Part shown: positions 25,830-34,469 of the stretch, piece after piece
Layout of the letters: every line of letters starts with the position of its first letter
How positions within the stretch are numbered: the first letter of the stretch is position 1
From: Elusimicrobiota bacterium
Lineage (GTDB): Bacteria; Elusimicrobiota; Elusimicrobia; UBA1565; UBA9628
Direction: 5' to 3'
DNA length: 64,000 nucleotides
Assembly (NCBI GenBank): GCA_033875325.1
Contig: JANRKA010000111.1
Location: 66,790 to 130,789 of the forward strand
Notes under the pieces: generated by a model
Databases searched by the model: none
Told to the model about the DNA's origin: nothing
Seen by the model: only the letters and a program-made list of their open reading frames with translations
Position numbers and translations under genes: made by a program

Positions 25830-28660
25830 TGGCGGGTCTCCCAGGCGCGGTAGGCGAGGAACCAGGCCGAGCCCAGCGCGAAGGCGGTCGCCAGGGCGGC
25901 CGCCGCGCCGGCCACGCCGTGGGAGGGCGCCAGGCGGACGACGAGCAGGACGTTGGCGGCGCCGGTGATGAGACCTCCGGTCACCGACACGCGCAGCCCG
26001 GAGAAGTCGCGCGCGGAGTAGAGGGCCGAGAGAACCCCATGGAGCAGAGCGAACGCCGCGGCGGCGGCGAACAGCGCGACCCACGACCAGTCCAGAGGGT
26101 AGCGGCGACCGAAGACGGCGAGCGCGGCGAGCAGCGCGGCGGCGAACGCGACCCAGGCGGCCAGCGCGGCGGGCAGGGCCCAGCGGCGCGCGAGCGCCCA
26201 GGCTTCGGCCTGGCCGCGCGGGTCGCTGGCCAACGGCACCACGACGGACTGCAGCATGTGGAGCAGCGCGAGAGCGACCTGGAGCGACGCGGTGAAATAC
26301 GCGCTGAAGAGGCCCACGGTCGCGGCTTCGCCGGAGGCGTGGAGCGCGAAGCGCGCCGGCGCGAGCACGCAGGCCACGGCCAGGAGGTTGAGGGTGGCCA
26401 CCGCGGCGTAGCGCCAGACCGCGGGCAGCACCTCCTTCTCCCAGGCCGGCGTCAGCCAGCGGCGCAGGCACCACAACGCGTACACGGTGCCCGTGGCCCA
26501 CGCGGCGCCCGTCGCGGCGAGCATGGCGCGGTGGTCGGCGCCCAGCAGGAACAACGCGGCCGCCAACGCCGGCGGCGCGGTGAAGCCGTACACCGCCTCG
26601 ACGAGCCCGCGGTGCGCGAAGCGCTTGAGGCCCAGCAGCGGGCTCGCGACCACGACGAAGAGGGCGTTGAGGGCGGACAGGCCCAACGACAGCGCGTACA
26701 GCGAGGGGGGCAGATCCAGCGCGCGCTCGAGGGAGCGGTGCACGACGCCGAGGAGGGGCATCACGAGCAGGGTCCAGGCGAGGAAGGAGGCCAGCGCCGT
26801 GGAGACGAAGCGCGCCCGTCGCGTCTCGTCCTCTTCCGCCGCCAGCAGCTTGCCGATGGCCGTCGGGAAACCCAGCATGGGCACGATCTGGAGATAGGCG
26901 ATGGCCGCCAGCACGAGATTGGCCCGTCCGAACTCCTCGGGACCGAGCAGGCGTCCGGCCGCGATCTGCGTCAACAGGGTCGAGACCTTGGCCAGGCCGA
27001 ACAGGGCGCCTATCCAGCCGAGCCCGCGCAGCAGCGAGGGCAGAGGCGACGGCGCGTCGTGGCCGCGGCCCTTGCGGGCGCGCGCGAGGATGGCGTCGGG
27101 CCCGGCGGGCTCCCCGTCCGCGGCGTCGGCGACGAGCGCGGGCTTGAGCTGAGCGAGCAGTTGCTCCGCGCCCGGGCAGGCGCCGAGTCGCACGGCGATG
27201 ACGGAGGGCCCGAGCCCGAGGTCGTGCAGCAGGTCGGCCAGCCGCGGGGCGAGCAAAGCGTGGTTGACTTCGCGGGCGAGCCGGCTGCGACCGTCGAGCA
27301 GCGGCGCGGCGAGGCGCGCGACGCCGGGAGGCAGGCCGCGGTCCCGGTCGAGCAAGCCGTCGAGCAGGGCCCGGACGAAGCCGCGGCTCAGCTCGACGAT
27401 GAAGACGCGCCGCCCGTCCGCTGCCCAGGCGGCGGCCTCCTCGCGCCGGCGCGCGTCCCAGTCTTCCCAGGCGTCCGCGCTGAGCAGGACGGCGTCGAGG
27501 CTCAGTCCTGCGGCGGCGCGGCGCTCGCGCGCCGCGTCCACCCGCGCCGCGAAACGCGCGAACTCGGCCTCGGTCGAGTGCTCGCGCGCGTGGGCGACGC
27601 GCGCCTCGCGGCGGGCCGCCGTCTCCGTGCGCGGCAGCTCCTTGGCGATGCGGACCCAGTCTTCGACGGTCTCGGCGACGTAGACGAAGTCCGACATGGC
27701 CTTCAGAGACGGCAGCGGCGCGGCGATGACGGGCCGCCCCGTCGCGAGGCACTCGTATATCTTCGCCGGGATGACGCCCATGAGGAACGGCGTGAGCCGG
27801 TAGGGCAGGAGGAAGACCTCGTGCTCCTCGAGGGACTTGGCCAACGCCCCGCGCTCGACGGGCGGGAAGCGCCGCACGGCCGGGGAGGTCGGGGGCGCGT
27901 TGCCCTTGGTGAAGCCGCGCACGGTCACGCTCAGGCCCGCGGCCGCGAGCGCGTCCGGCACCCGCTCGTCGAGGTCGCCGCTCCAGGTGCCGTAGTAGCA
28001 GGCGTCGTCCCAGGTCCCGCGCGGCGGCTTGAGGCCGAAGAAGTCGGCGGGCACGCCCTGGTGTATCTTCGTCACGCGCGGGTGCTCCGCTCGCTTCTGC
28101 TCGTGGAGGAAGTCCGAGTCGCAGACGACCTCGTCGGCCAACGCGAGGAGAGCCCGTTCCGTCTCGGCGAAATCGGCGGGCGCGTGCGCGTGGCCGCGGA
28201 AGTTGGAGGCGCAGTCGTAGAGCACGGCGGCCGGGCGCAGGCGCCGCGCCAGCTCCACGATGGTCGGCGTCGGCGCGTAGACGACGCAGTCCGCCCCGTC
28301 GCGCAGCCCGGCGCGGCGCAGCTGCTCGAGCAGCCGCGGGATGAACACGCGGGAGTTGAGCGCCCGGAAGAGCCGCCAGGTCGGCGGGAGCACGCGGGGG
28401 GAGAGCACGCGCACGCCGTCGGGGATGGAATTGGAGCCGCTGACCGCGGACGGGAAGGCCTGGTTGCGCAGACGGCGCCACACGCGGGGCAGGTCGCGCC
28501 ACGACGGGTTGCGGAAGCCCGTGTTCTCGACGAAGAACACCTCGTCGCCCCGCGCGGCGAAGGCCGCGGCGAATATCTGGTGGCGCTGCCAGGCCGTGTC
28601 CCAGTCGATGGTGCTCAGGACGACGACCTGACGACGGCCGGGCTTCAACGGCCTCTCCAC
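25826..28660 (-). CDS. Fusion protein: TuaH-like GT4 glycosyltransferase + duplicated half GT N-subdomain + Wzx/MOP-type flippase
   Basis: One uninterrupted frame. Start candidates are GTG 28660 or TTG 28648 (TTGA overlap with the upstream stop). The N-terminal part is VVLSTIDWDTAWQRHQIFAAAFAARGDEVFFVEN...LYDCASNF...IPAKIYECLATGRPVIA. The middle part is AVLLSADAWEDWDARRREEAAAWAADGRRVFIVE. The last ~400 aa are polytopic, with LGPEEFGRANLVLAAIAYLQI, which is typical of polysaccharide flippases. Confidence 0.7.
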   Translation of the reverse strand: MERPLKPGRRQVVVLSTIDWDTAWQRHQIFAAAFAARGDEVFFVENTGFRNPSWRDLPRVWRRLRNQAFPSAVSGSNSIPDGVRVLSPRVLPPTWRLFRALNSRVFIPRLLEQLRRAGLRDGADCVVYAPTPTIVELARRLRPAAVLYDCASNFRGHAHAPADFAETERALLALADEVVCDSDFLHEQKRAEHPRVTKIHQGVPADFFGLKPPRGTWDDACYYGTWSGDLDERVPDALAAAGLSVTVRGFTKGNAPPTSPAVRRFPPVERGALAKSLEEHEVFLLPYRLTPFLMGVIPAKIYECLATGRPVIAAPLPSLKAMSDFVYVAETVEDWVRIAKELPRTETAARREARVAHAREHSTEAEFARFAARVDAARERRAAAGLSLDAVLLSADAWEDWDARRREEAAAWAADGRRVFIVELSRGFVRALLDGLLDRDRGLPPGVARLAAPLLDGRSRLAREVNHALLAPRLADLLHDLGLGPSVIAVRLGACPGAEQLLAQLKPALVADAADGEPAGPDAILARARKGRGHDAPSPLPSLLRGLGWIGALFGLAKVSTLLTQIAAGRLLGPEEFGRANLVLAAIAYLQIVPMLGFPTAIGKLLAAEEDETRRARFVSTALASFLAWTLLVMPLLGVVHRSLERALDLPPSLYALSLGLSALNALFVVVASPLLGLKRFAHRGLVEAVYGFTAPPALAAALFLLGADHRAMLAATGAAWATGTVYALWCLRRWLTPAWEKEVLPAVWRYAAVATLNLLAVACVLAPARFALHASGEAATVGLFSAYFTASLQVALALLHMLQSVVVPLASDPRGQAEAWALARRWALPAALAAWVAFAAALLAALAVFGRRYPLDWSWVALFAAAAAFALLHGVLSALYSARDFSGLRVSVTGGLITGAANVLLVVRLAPSHGVAGAAAALATAFALGSAWFLAYRAWETRQ

Positions 28661-29520
28661 CAGTCCAAAGTGTCGGCGAGGCTGCGCGCGAGCGTGAAGC
28701 GCGGGCGCCAGCCCGTCTCGCGGCGCAGCTTGCGCGCGTCGGCCGCGAGGTCCTGCACCTCGGCCTTGCGCAGGCGCGCGGGGTCCACCCGCACGGCGAC
28801 GGCGGCGGTGGAGGCGGCGAGCAGGCCGTCGAGCACGGCGCGCATCGAGGTGGAGCGGCCCGCGCCCACGTTGTAGCACTCGCCGCCGCGGCCGCGCGCG
28901 CCGAGCGCGAGCAGGGCCTCGGCCGCGTCGCGCGCGTCGAGGTAGTCGCGCCGGGGCGACAGGTCTCCCACGAGCAGTTCCGGGGGTTGGCGTCCGGCCT
29001 CGATGGCCGCGACCTGGCGCGCGAACGCGCCCGGAGCGAGGTTGTCCGGCGTGCCCGGCCCCAGCACGTTGAAGAGGCGGGCGACCACGACGGAGACGGG
29101 GCCGCGGTTGTAGGAGAGGGCGGCCAGGGTCTGCGCGAGCTTGCTGGCGCCGTAGAGAGAAAGAGGCTCCAAGGGCGCGTCCTCGCGCACGACGCGCCGT
29201 CCGCCGGCCGCGCCGTATTCCGCGGCGGAGCCGACGAGCACGACCTTCACCGGGCGGCCCTCCGACGACAGCGCCTCCAGGAGGTTCACCGTGGCCGTCG
29301 CGTGAGACTTCCAGTAATCCTCCCAGGAGCCGGGCCGGGTGCGGCCGGCGAGGTGGAAGACGAGCGAGGGCCGGGCGTCGCGGACCAGGGCACGCGCCGA
29401 GGCGGCGTCGGACAGGTCGAGGTCCCGGTGCCGGGAGAGGAACGGGCGCCGTCCCCGGAGGCGCTGCGCGAGCGGTCCCGCGAGGAAGCCGCCGGCGCCG
29501 GTCAGCAGGACGCGGGCCAC
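28645..29520 (-). CDS. Extended-SDR NAD-dependent sugar epimerase/reductase
   Basis: The start is taken at GTG 29520 (VARVLLTGAGGFLAG). The YGASK catalytic motif is present. The upstream part of tracked ORF 28645-29712 is wrong-frame. Confidence 0.8.
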   Translation of the reverse strand: MARVLLTGAGGFLAGPLAQRLRGRRPFLSRHRDLDLSDAASARALVRDARPSLVFHLAGRTRPGSWEDYWKSHATATVNLLEALSSEGRPVKVVLVGSAAEYGAAGGRRVVREDAPLEPLSLYGASKLAQTLAALSYNRGPVSVVVARLFNVLGPGTPDNLAPGAFARQVAAIEAGRQPPELLVGDLSPRRDYLDARDAAEALLALGARGRGGECYNVGAGRSTSMRAVLDGLLAASTAAVAVRVDPARLRKAEVQDLAADARKLRRETGWRPRFTLARSLADTLDWWRGR

Positions 29521-29527
29521 GCGCGCC

Positions 29528-30520
29528 TCAGACGTTGTAGAGCCCGGCTTTGTAGTCGGCGAGGTGGGCGCGGACGTATTCGACCGTGCGCGCCAGGCCC
29601 TGCTCGAGCGGCACGCGCGGCCGCCAGCCCAGGAGCTTGCGCGCCTTGGCATTGCCGCAGATGAGGCGCATGACCTCGCTGCGCTCGGGGCGGACCCGGG
29701 CGCGCTCCTCACGCACCTCGGCCTTGCGGCCGGTGAGCTTCATGAGCAGGCGCGCGGTCTCGCCGATGGTGACGCCGCGTCCCGAGCCGACGTTGATGAC
29801 CTCTCCCACGGACTTGGGCGAGGCGGCCACCGCGAGGAAGCCGTCCACCGTGTCGGCGACGAAGTTGAAGTCGCGCACCGGGGACAGGGAGCCCAGGTTG
29901 AGCTTGGGCTCCGGCTGCAGGAGCTGGCAGATGATGGTGGGGATGACGGCGCGGGCGGATTGGCGCGGGCCGTAGGTGTTGAAGGGACGGCAGACGGCCA
30001 CCGGCAGGCCGAAGGACTTCTCGAAGCTCAGCGCGAGCTGGTCGGCGCCGATCTTGGTGGCGGCATACGGGGACTGGCCCTGGAGGGGGTGCTCCTCGTC
30101 GATGGGGACGTAGCGCGCGGTGCCGTAGGTCTCCGAGGTCGAGGTGTGGACCACCTTGCGGACCTTGGCGCGGCGGGCGGCCTCGAGCACGTTGAGGGTC
30201 CCCGACACGTTGGCCGCCACGTAGGACGCGGGCGCGGCGTAGGAGTAAGGGATGGCGATGAGGGCGGCGAGGTGGAAGACCACGTCGGAGCCCGCGACCA
30301 GGTCGTTGACGCAGCCCGGGTCGGTGACGTCGCCGGCGCGGATCTCGACGCGGCGTCCCAGCGCCGGGTCGAGCTCCTCGAGGAAGCCCCAGTGCCCGCG
30401 CGAGTTGTAGTGCACCATGGCGCGCACGCGCGCGCCGCGGCGGGCGAGCTCCTCGGTCAGGTGCGAGCCGATGAAGCCCCCGGCCCCGGTCACAGCCACT
30501 CGCGCGTTCTTCCAGTTCAT
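29528..30520 (-). CDS. Extended-SDR NAD-dependent sugar 4,6-dehydratase/decarboxylase/epimerase family protein
   Basis: Full tracked ORF. Motifs: VTGAGGFIGSHL, STSETYG, YAATK. It is preceded by its own promoter. Confidence 0.85.
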   Translation of the reverse strand: MNWKNARVAVTGAGGFIGSHLTEELARRGARVRAMVHYNSRGHWGFLEELDPALGRRVEIRAGDVTDPGCVNDLVAGSDVVFHLAALIAIPYSYAAPASYVAANVSGTLNVLEAARRAKVRKVVHTSTSETYGTARYVPIDEEHPLQGQSPYAATKIGADQLALSFEKSFGLPVAVCRPFNTYGPRQSARAVIPTIICQLLQPEPKLNLGSLSPVRDFNFVADTVDGFLAVAASPKSVGEVINVGSGRGVTIGETARLLMKLTGRKAEVREERARVRPERSEVMRLICGNAKARKLLGWRPRVPLEQGLARTVEYVRAHLADYKAGLYNV

Positions 30521-30527
30521 CGGTTGG

Positions 30528-30536
30528 ATTCTATCA
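30528..30536 (-). promoter_or_regulatory. Extended -10 promoter TGATAGAAT, 7 nt upstream of ATG 30520
   Basis: The minus strand reads TGA(stop)-TAGAAT-CCAACCG-ATG, so the stop codon of the upstream gene supplies the TGn element. Confidence 0.55.
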
Positions 30537-31445
30537 CTTGCCGGATAAGTCGGCGAGGAGGCATTGGACGAAGCGCCCGGCGTTCTTCAAGGAGAACGGC
30601 CAGGACGCGAGCATGCGGCGCGCGTAGGCGCGGCGCAAGGCCTTGTCCGCCCCCGGCTCCAGCAGGGCGGCGGTCGCGGAGCGGTAGACGAACGAGAGGC
30701 GGCGGCTCATGCGCAGGCGGGCGCAGACGCCCGGCTCGGGGCCGAGGCGCTCCCGGAAGTGCTCGCGCAGCAGCGCCTCCAGGTTGTCGTGGTGGTACTG
30801 CACGCGGCGGGACGCCGACCCGGGGACGACGGTGTAGGAGGAGAGGACGGCGTCCAGGAAGCGGAACTCGCCGCGCCGGGCGAGGCGCATCCAGAAGTCG
30901 TAGTCCTCGACCGTGTTGTAACGGTCGCCCTCGCGGAAGCCGCCGATGGCCAGCGCCGCGTCCTTGCGGAACACCGCGGCCGAAGGGGCCACGCAGTTCG
31001 CCTCGAAGAGCAGGCGGTCGTAGAGGTCCGTCCCGCCGGGGCCTTTGCGCTCCACGCGCAGGACCTTGCCGTCCTGCACCACGTCGGTGTGGTGGCCGAC
31101 GAGCACGCAGCCCGGGTGCGCGTCGAGCTCGGCCACGCAGCGGGCTAGCTTGTCCGGCGTCCAGAGGTCGTCGTGGTCGAGCAAGGCGACGAGCTCGCCT
31201 TTGGCCGCCTGGAGGCCGGTGTTGCGCGCGGCGGCGATGCGGCCGTTGGCCCGCCGCACGCAGGTCCCCGCCTTGCCCGTCCGGGCCAGCCACGCGTCGA
31301 CCACGGCCTTCGTGTCGTCCGTCGAGCCGTCGTCCACGACGACCAGCTCCCAGTCCGCGAAGGTCTGCGCCGCCACGCTGTCGAGCGTGGCCGTGATGAA
31401 CTTGGCGGCGTTGTAGGCGGGTATGACGACGGAGACGCGCGGCAT
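30534..31445 (-). CDS. Glycosyltransferase family 2
   Basis: Motifs: VSVVIPAYNAAKFI, LVVVDDGSTDDT, ALLDHDDLW. ATG 31445 shares 1 nt with the upstream TAA. Confidence 0.85.
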   Translation of the reverse strand: MPRVSVVIPAYNAAKFITATLDSVAAQTFADWELVVVDDGSTDDTKAVVDAWLARTGKAGTCVRRANGRIAAARNTGLQAAKGELVALLDHDDLWTPDKLARCVAELDAHPGCVLVGHHTDVVQDGKVLRVERKGPGGTDLYDRLLFEANCVAPSAAVFRKDAALAIGGFREGDRYNTVEDYDFWMRLARRGEFRFLDAVLSSYTVVPGSASRRVQYHHDNLEALLREHFRERLGPEPGVCARLRMSRRLSFVYRSATAALLEPGADKALRRAYARRMLASWPFSLKNAGRFVQCLLADLSGK

Positions 31446-32422
31446 TACAGCCCGAGCTTGCGCACGTCGTGTATCTGGACCAGGCCGACGGCCTTGCCGG
31501 ACTTGTCGACGACGGGCAGGACGCTGAAAGGACGCGGCCGGTCGGTCATGAGCTCGACGGCGTCCATGGCCAGGCGCTCCGGACGGATGGTGGTCGGGCG
31601 CGCGTTCATGACCGAGGCGGCGCGGCGCCCCTCCAACCCGCCCTTCTCCATGGCGTTGCGCAGGTCCGCGTCGGTGACGAGGCCCTTGAAGCGCCCTCGG
31701 CCGTCCACGACCACGGCGGCGCCCGCGTGTTTGGCCGTCATCACGGCGATGAGCGCGCGCAGCGTCGCGTCCTCGCGCGCGGCGGGCAGTTCCGCGCCGG
31801 AGCGCATCACGTCGCGCACGCGCAGGGTCAGGCGCTTGCCGAGCTGGCCGGCGGGATGCAGGAGGGCGAAACGCTCCTTCGTGAAGCCGCGGCGCTCCAT
31901 GAGGGCCACGGCCAGAGCGTCGCCCACGGCCATGGCCGCCGTCGTGCTCGCGGTCGGAGCCAGGTCGAGCGGGCAGGCCTCGCGGCCGACGGGCGTGTGC
32001 AGGACCACGGTCGCGGCCTTGCCGAGGCTGGAGTCGGCGACCGCGGTGATGGCGATGAGCTTCACGCCCAGGCGGCGCAGCACGGGCAACAGCGCGGTCA
32101 GCTCGGAGGACTCCCCGGACTTGCCGATGGCCAGCACGAGGTCGCGCTTTTCGACGAGCCCGATGTCGCCGTGAAGGGCCTCGGCCGGGTGGAGGTGGAG
32201 GGCCGGGGTGCCGGTCGAAGACAGGGTGGCGGCGATCTTGGCGGCGACGAGGCCGGACTTGCCCACGCCGGTGACCACGACCTTGCCGCGGCAGCGGGCC
32301 ATGAGGTCCACGGCCCTCGCGTAAGCCGGGCCGACGGCCGCGCGCGCGGCCTTGAGCGCCGCGGCCTCGAGGTCGAGGGTGCGGCGCACGGAGTCGAGTG
32401 CCGCCTTGTCCTTCGCGCTCAT
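31445..32422 (-). CDS. kdsD: KpsF/GutQ/KdsD-family arabinose-5-phosphate isomerase (SIS + tandem CBS)
   Basis: Internal ATG 32422 (MSAKDKAALD) overlaps the upstream TGA by 4 nt. The SIS motif is VVVTGVGKSGLVAAKIAATLSSTG. Two CBS-like repeats lie at the C-terminus. Confidence 0.9.
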   Translation of the reverse strand: MSAKDKAALDSVRRTLDLEAAALKAARAAVGPAYARAVDLMARCRGKVVVTGVGKSGLVAAKIAATLSSTGTPALHLHPAEALHGDIGLVEKRDLVLAIGKSGESSELTALLPVLRRLGVKLIAITAVADSSLGKAATVVLHTPVGREACPLDLAPTASTTAAMAVGDALAVALMERRGFTKERFALLHPAGQLGKRLTLRVRDVMRSGAELPAAREDATLRALIAVMTAKHAGAAVVVDGRGRFKGLVTDADLRNAMEKGGLEGRRAASVMNARPTTIRPERLAMDAVELMTDRPRPFSVLPVVDKSGKAVGLVQIHDVRKLGL

Positions 32423-33327
32423 GCCCCGCCCTCCATGTGTTCCCTCATGTCGGCCAGCCCGTCGGCGAGCGCCATCGCCTTGACGCCGAGTTCCTTCTCC
32501 ATGCGCTTGACGACGAAGGTGGTGTCCGGCGGGCGCCTGGCGATGGCGGGGAAACGCGCGCTCGTCACGCGTTTGACGAGCCCCGCGTCGAGGCCGAAGG
32601 CCTTCGCCACGGCCAGCCCGAACTCCCAGCGGTTGACCACGGTCTTTCCCGCGAGGTGGAAGACGCCCGAGGGGCGTTTCTTGAGGACGGCCCACAAAGC
32701 GCGGCCGCACTGCCGGTTGTAGAGCGGGTTCTCGCGCACGTCGTCCACGAGCTCGACGGCTTCCCCGCGCAGGAGCTTCTCATAGACCCAGGTCGCGGGG
32801 TTGGGGCGCGTGACCGTGCGGTTCCAGCCGTACATCAGGATGGGGCGCACGATGGTCCACTTCTCGAGGGTCTCCTGCACCAGACGCTCGCACTCGACCT
32901 TCAGGCGGCCGTATTTGTTGACGGGGTTGGTCGGGTCCTTCTCCGAATAGGGCGCGTCGGTCCCGTCGAAGACGGCGTTGGTCGAGACGTAGACCAGGTG
33001 GATGCCGCGCGTGCGGCAGGCCGCCGTCACGTTGAGCGTGGAGACGATGTTGGACTCGAGGCTCTCCGCGTATTTGGTCTCGACGTAGTCCACGCTGGCG
33101 ATGCCGGCGGCATGGATGACGGCGTCGAACTTGTGGCGGGTGAAGAGCCGTTCCACCGCGCGTTTATCGCGCAGGTCCACGGACAGGTGCCGGGCGCGTT
33201 TGGCCGGGACCTTGTAGTCGCGCAGGTGGACGGAGGTGATGGCGACCCCGGAAGGGGCCGTCTCTTCCAGGCCCTTCCCTAATAGGCCGGTCCCGCCGGT
33301 GACGAGGATGTGAGGCCGGGCGCTCAT
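32419..33327 (-). CDS. RmlD-like (dTDP-4-dehydrorhamnose reductase family) SDR sugar reductase
   Basis: Internal ATG 33327 (MSARPHILVTGGTGLLG). The YGRLK motif is present; the product is 302 aa. The remaining 366 codons of tracked ORF 32419-34425 are wrong-frame. Confidence 0.8.
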   Translation of the reverse strand: MSARPHILVTGGTGLLGKGLEETAPSGVAITSVHLRDYKVPAKRARHLSVDLRDKRAVERLFTRHKFDAVIHAAGIASVDYVETKYAESLESNIVSTLNVTAACRTRGIHLVYVSTNAVFDGTDAPYSEKDPTNPVNKYGRLKVECERLVQETLEKWTIVRPILMYGWNRTVTRPNPATWVYEKLLRGEAVELVDDVRENPLYNRQCGRALWAVLKKRPSGVFHLAGKTVVNRWEFGLAVAKAFGLDAGLVKRVTSARFPAIARRPPDTTFVVKRMEKELGVKAMALADGLADMREHMEGGA

Positions 33328-33334
33328 CGGGGGG

Positions 33335-33343
33335 ATTCTACCA
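33335..33343 (-). promoter_or_regulatory. Extended -10 promoter TGGTAGAAT, 7 nt upstream of ATG 33327
   Basis: The minus strand reads AAA-TGG-TAGAAT-CCCCCCG-ATG within the 33-bp divergent gap. Confidence 0.6.
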
Positions 33344-33348
33344 TTTCG

Positions 33349-33354
33349 TATGAT
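33349..33354 (+). promoter_or_regulatory. -10 box TATGAT, 6 nt upstream of ATG 33361
   Basis: The plus strand reads TATGAT-GGGGCC-ATG in the same 33-bp gap. Confidence 0.5.
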
Positions 33355-33360
33355 GGGGCC

Positions 33361-33969
33361 ATGAAACCACGGTTCTTGCCGTTGGTCGCCGTCCTCTCCG
33401 TCCTCGCCGGCTGCGCGGGAAGCGCGAAGGCGCCGTCCGCTTCCTCCCCGCAGGACGCCTTCATGGCCGAGCTGGCCTCTTTGTGCGGCAAGGCCTTCGA
33501 GGGACGCATCGCCGCGAAAGTCGGCGGGAGCGCGGGGCCCGACCCCTTCGAGGGCAAGACCCTGACCCTGCACGTGCGCGAGTGCGCGCCGGGCGTCGTG
33601 CGCGTGCCGTTCCACGTCGGCGACGACCGCTCCCGCACCTGGGTGTTCACTCGCACCGCGGCGGGTCTGCGCCTGAAGCATGACCACCGCCACCAGGACG
33701 GCACGCCCGATGCCATGAACCTCTACGGCGGCGACGCCGTCGACGCCGGGACCCGAGAGAGGCAGTCCTTCCCCGCCGACCAGGCGTCCAAAGACATGTT
33801 CGTCAAAGGCGGCATCCCGCAGTCGGCGGAGAACGTCTGGGTGGTCGGGTTGATCCCCGGTAGGTCGTTCAGCTACGCGCTGACGCGACCGGGGCGCGAG
33901 TTCCGCGTCGAGTTCGACCTGACGCGGCCGGTGTCGCCGCCGCCGGCGCCCTGGGGCTCGGAGCCTTAG
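33361..33969 (+). CDS. Lipoprotein of unknown function; the only plus-strand gene inside the glycan array
   Basis: Internal ATG 33361. The signal peptide has a lipobox: MKPRFLPLVAVLSVLAGC. The product is 202 aa. Its 3' end overlaps the convergent gene by 4 nt. Confidence 0.75.
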   Translation: MKPRFLPLVAVLSVLAGCAGSAKAPSASSPQDAFMAELASLCGKAFEGRIAAKVGGSAGPDPFEGKTLTLHVRECAPGVVRVPFHVGDDRSRTWVFTRTAAGLRLKHDHRHQDGTPDAMNLYGGDAVDAGTRERQSFPADQASKDMFVKGGIPQSAENVWVVGLIPGRSFSYALTRPGREFRVEFDLTRPVSPPPAPWGSEP

Positions 33970-34469
33970 AGGAGGCGGCCGAGCAGGGCCGCCTGGCCGA
34001 GCAGGACGAGGCCGCAGAGGATCGCCAGCATGCGGCGCTTGCGCACCGCCAGGCGGGCGTTGGCCCCAATCTCGGCGACCAGGTCTTCGTGGTACTGGGT
34101 GGCGGTGATGCCCCCGCCCAAGTAGCGGTCCATCTTGAGGATGAGCTCGCCGTGGGCGTATTTGGCCAGGTCCTCGGCGGTGATGAAGGAGTCGTCCACG
34201 CTCTGCCGGCCGCGCGCCGGGTCGAGCGCGGCGCCGTCGCCGGGAAGGCGCGGGCGCGCGATGAAGGCGCCGAGGCCGAACAACACGGCCAGGCCGAGCG
34301 TCGCGGCGACGAACGGCTCCCCGGGGCGCGCGGCCAGCAGCTCGAGCGCGGCGAACCCGGTGAGGGCGAGCAGCTGCCAGTCGGCTGCCGCGACGCCGGC
34401 GCGCAGGAAGTCGAGGATGGCCCACAGGCGCCGCTCCGGCTCGGGCGTCAGGTGCGAGGAGACGCTCAT
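33966..34469 (-). CDS. Small 3-TM membrane protein (two N-proximal TM helices, a ~75-aa soluble segment, a C-terminal TM helix)
   Basis: Internal ATG 34469 (MSVSSHLTPEPERRLW) shares 1 nt with the upstream TGA. Hydrophobic stretches: WQLLALTGFAALELLAA, FVAATLGLAVLFGLGAFIA, MLAILCGLVLLGQAALLG. Confidence 0.7.
   Translation of the reverse strand: MSVSSHLTPEPERRLWAILDFLRAGVAAADWQLLALTGFAALELLAARPGEPFVAATLGLAVLFGLGAFIARPRLPGDGAALDPARGRQSVDDSFITAEDLAKYAHGELILKMDRYLGGGITATQYHEDLVAEIGANARLAVRKRRMLAILCGLVLLGQAALLGRLL

Noticed and set aside
25830-28502. The upstream 891 codons of tracked ORF 24327-28502 (1391 aa), and the 985-aa plus-strand ORF 25919-28876
   Set aside because: Both are Arg/Pro/Ala-rich and overlap the motif-supported GT-Wzx fusion frame. 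Only the last 500 codons (24327-25829), starting at a GTGA-overlap GTG, look like a real ArnT-like membrane protein.
28661-28879. The N-terminal 73 codons of tracked ORF 25826-28879
   Set aside because: They are Arg-rich (MLQRGRGPLHLDARRARRPARRLHRRRRR) and overlap the 3' end of the upstream SDR gene. GTG 28660 or TTG 28648 are more plausible starts.
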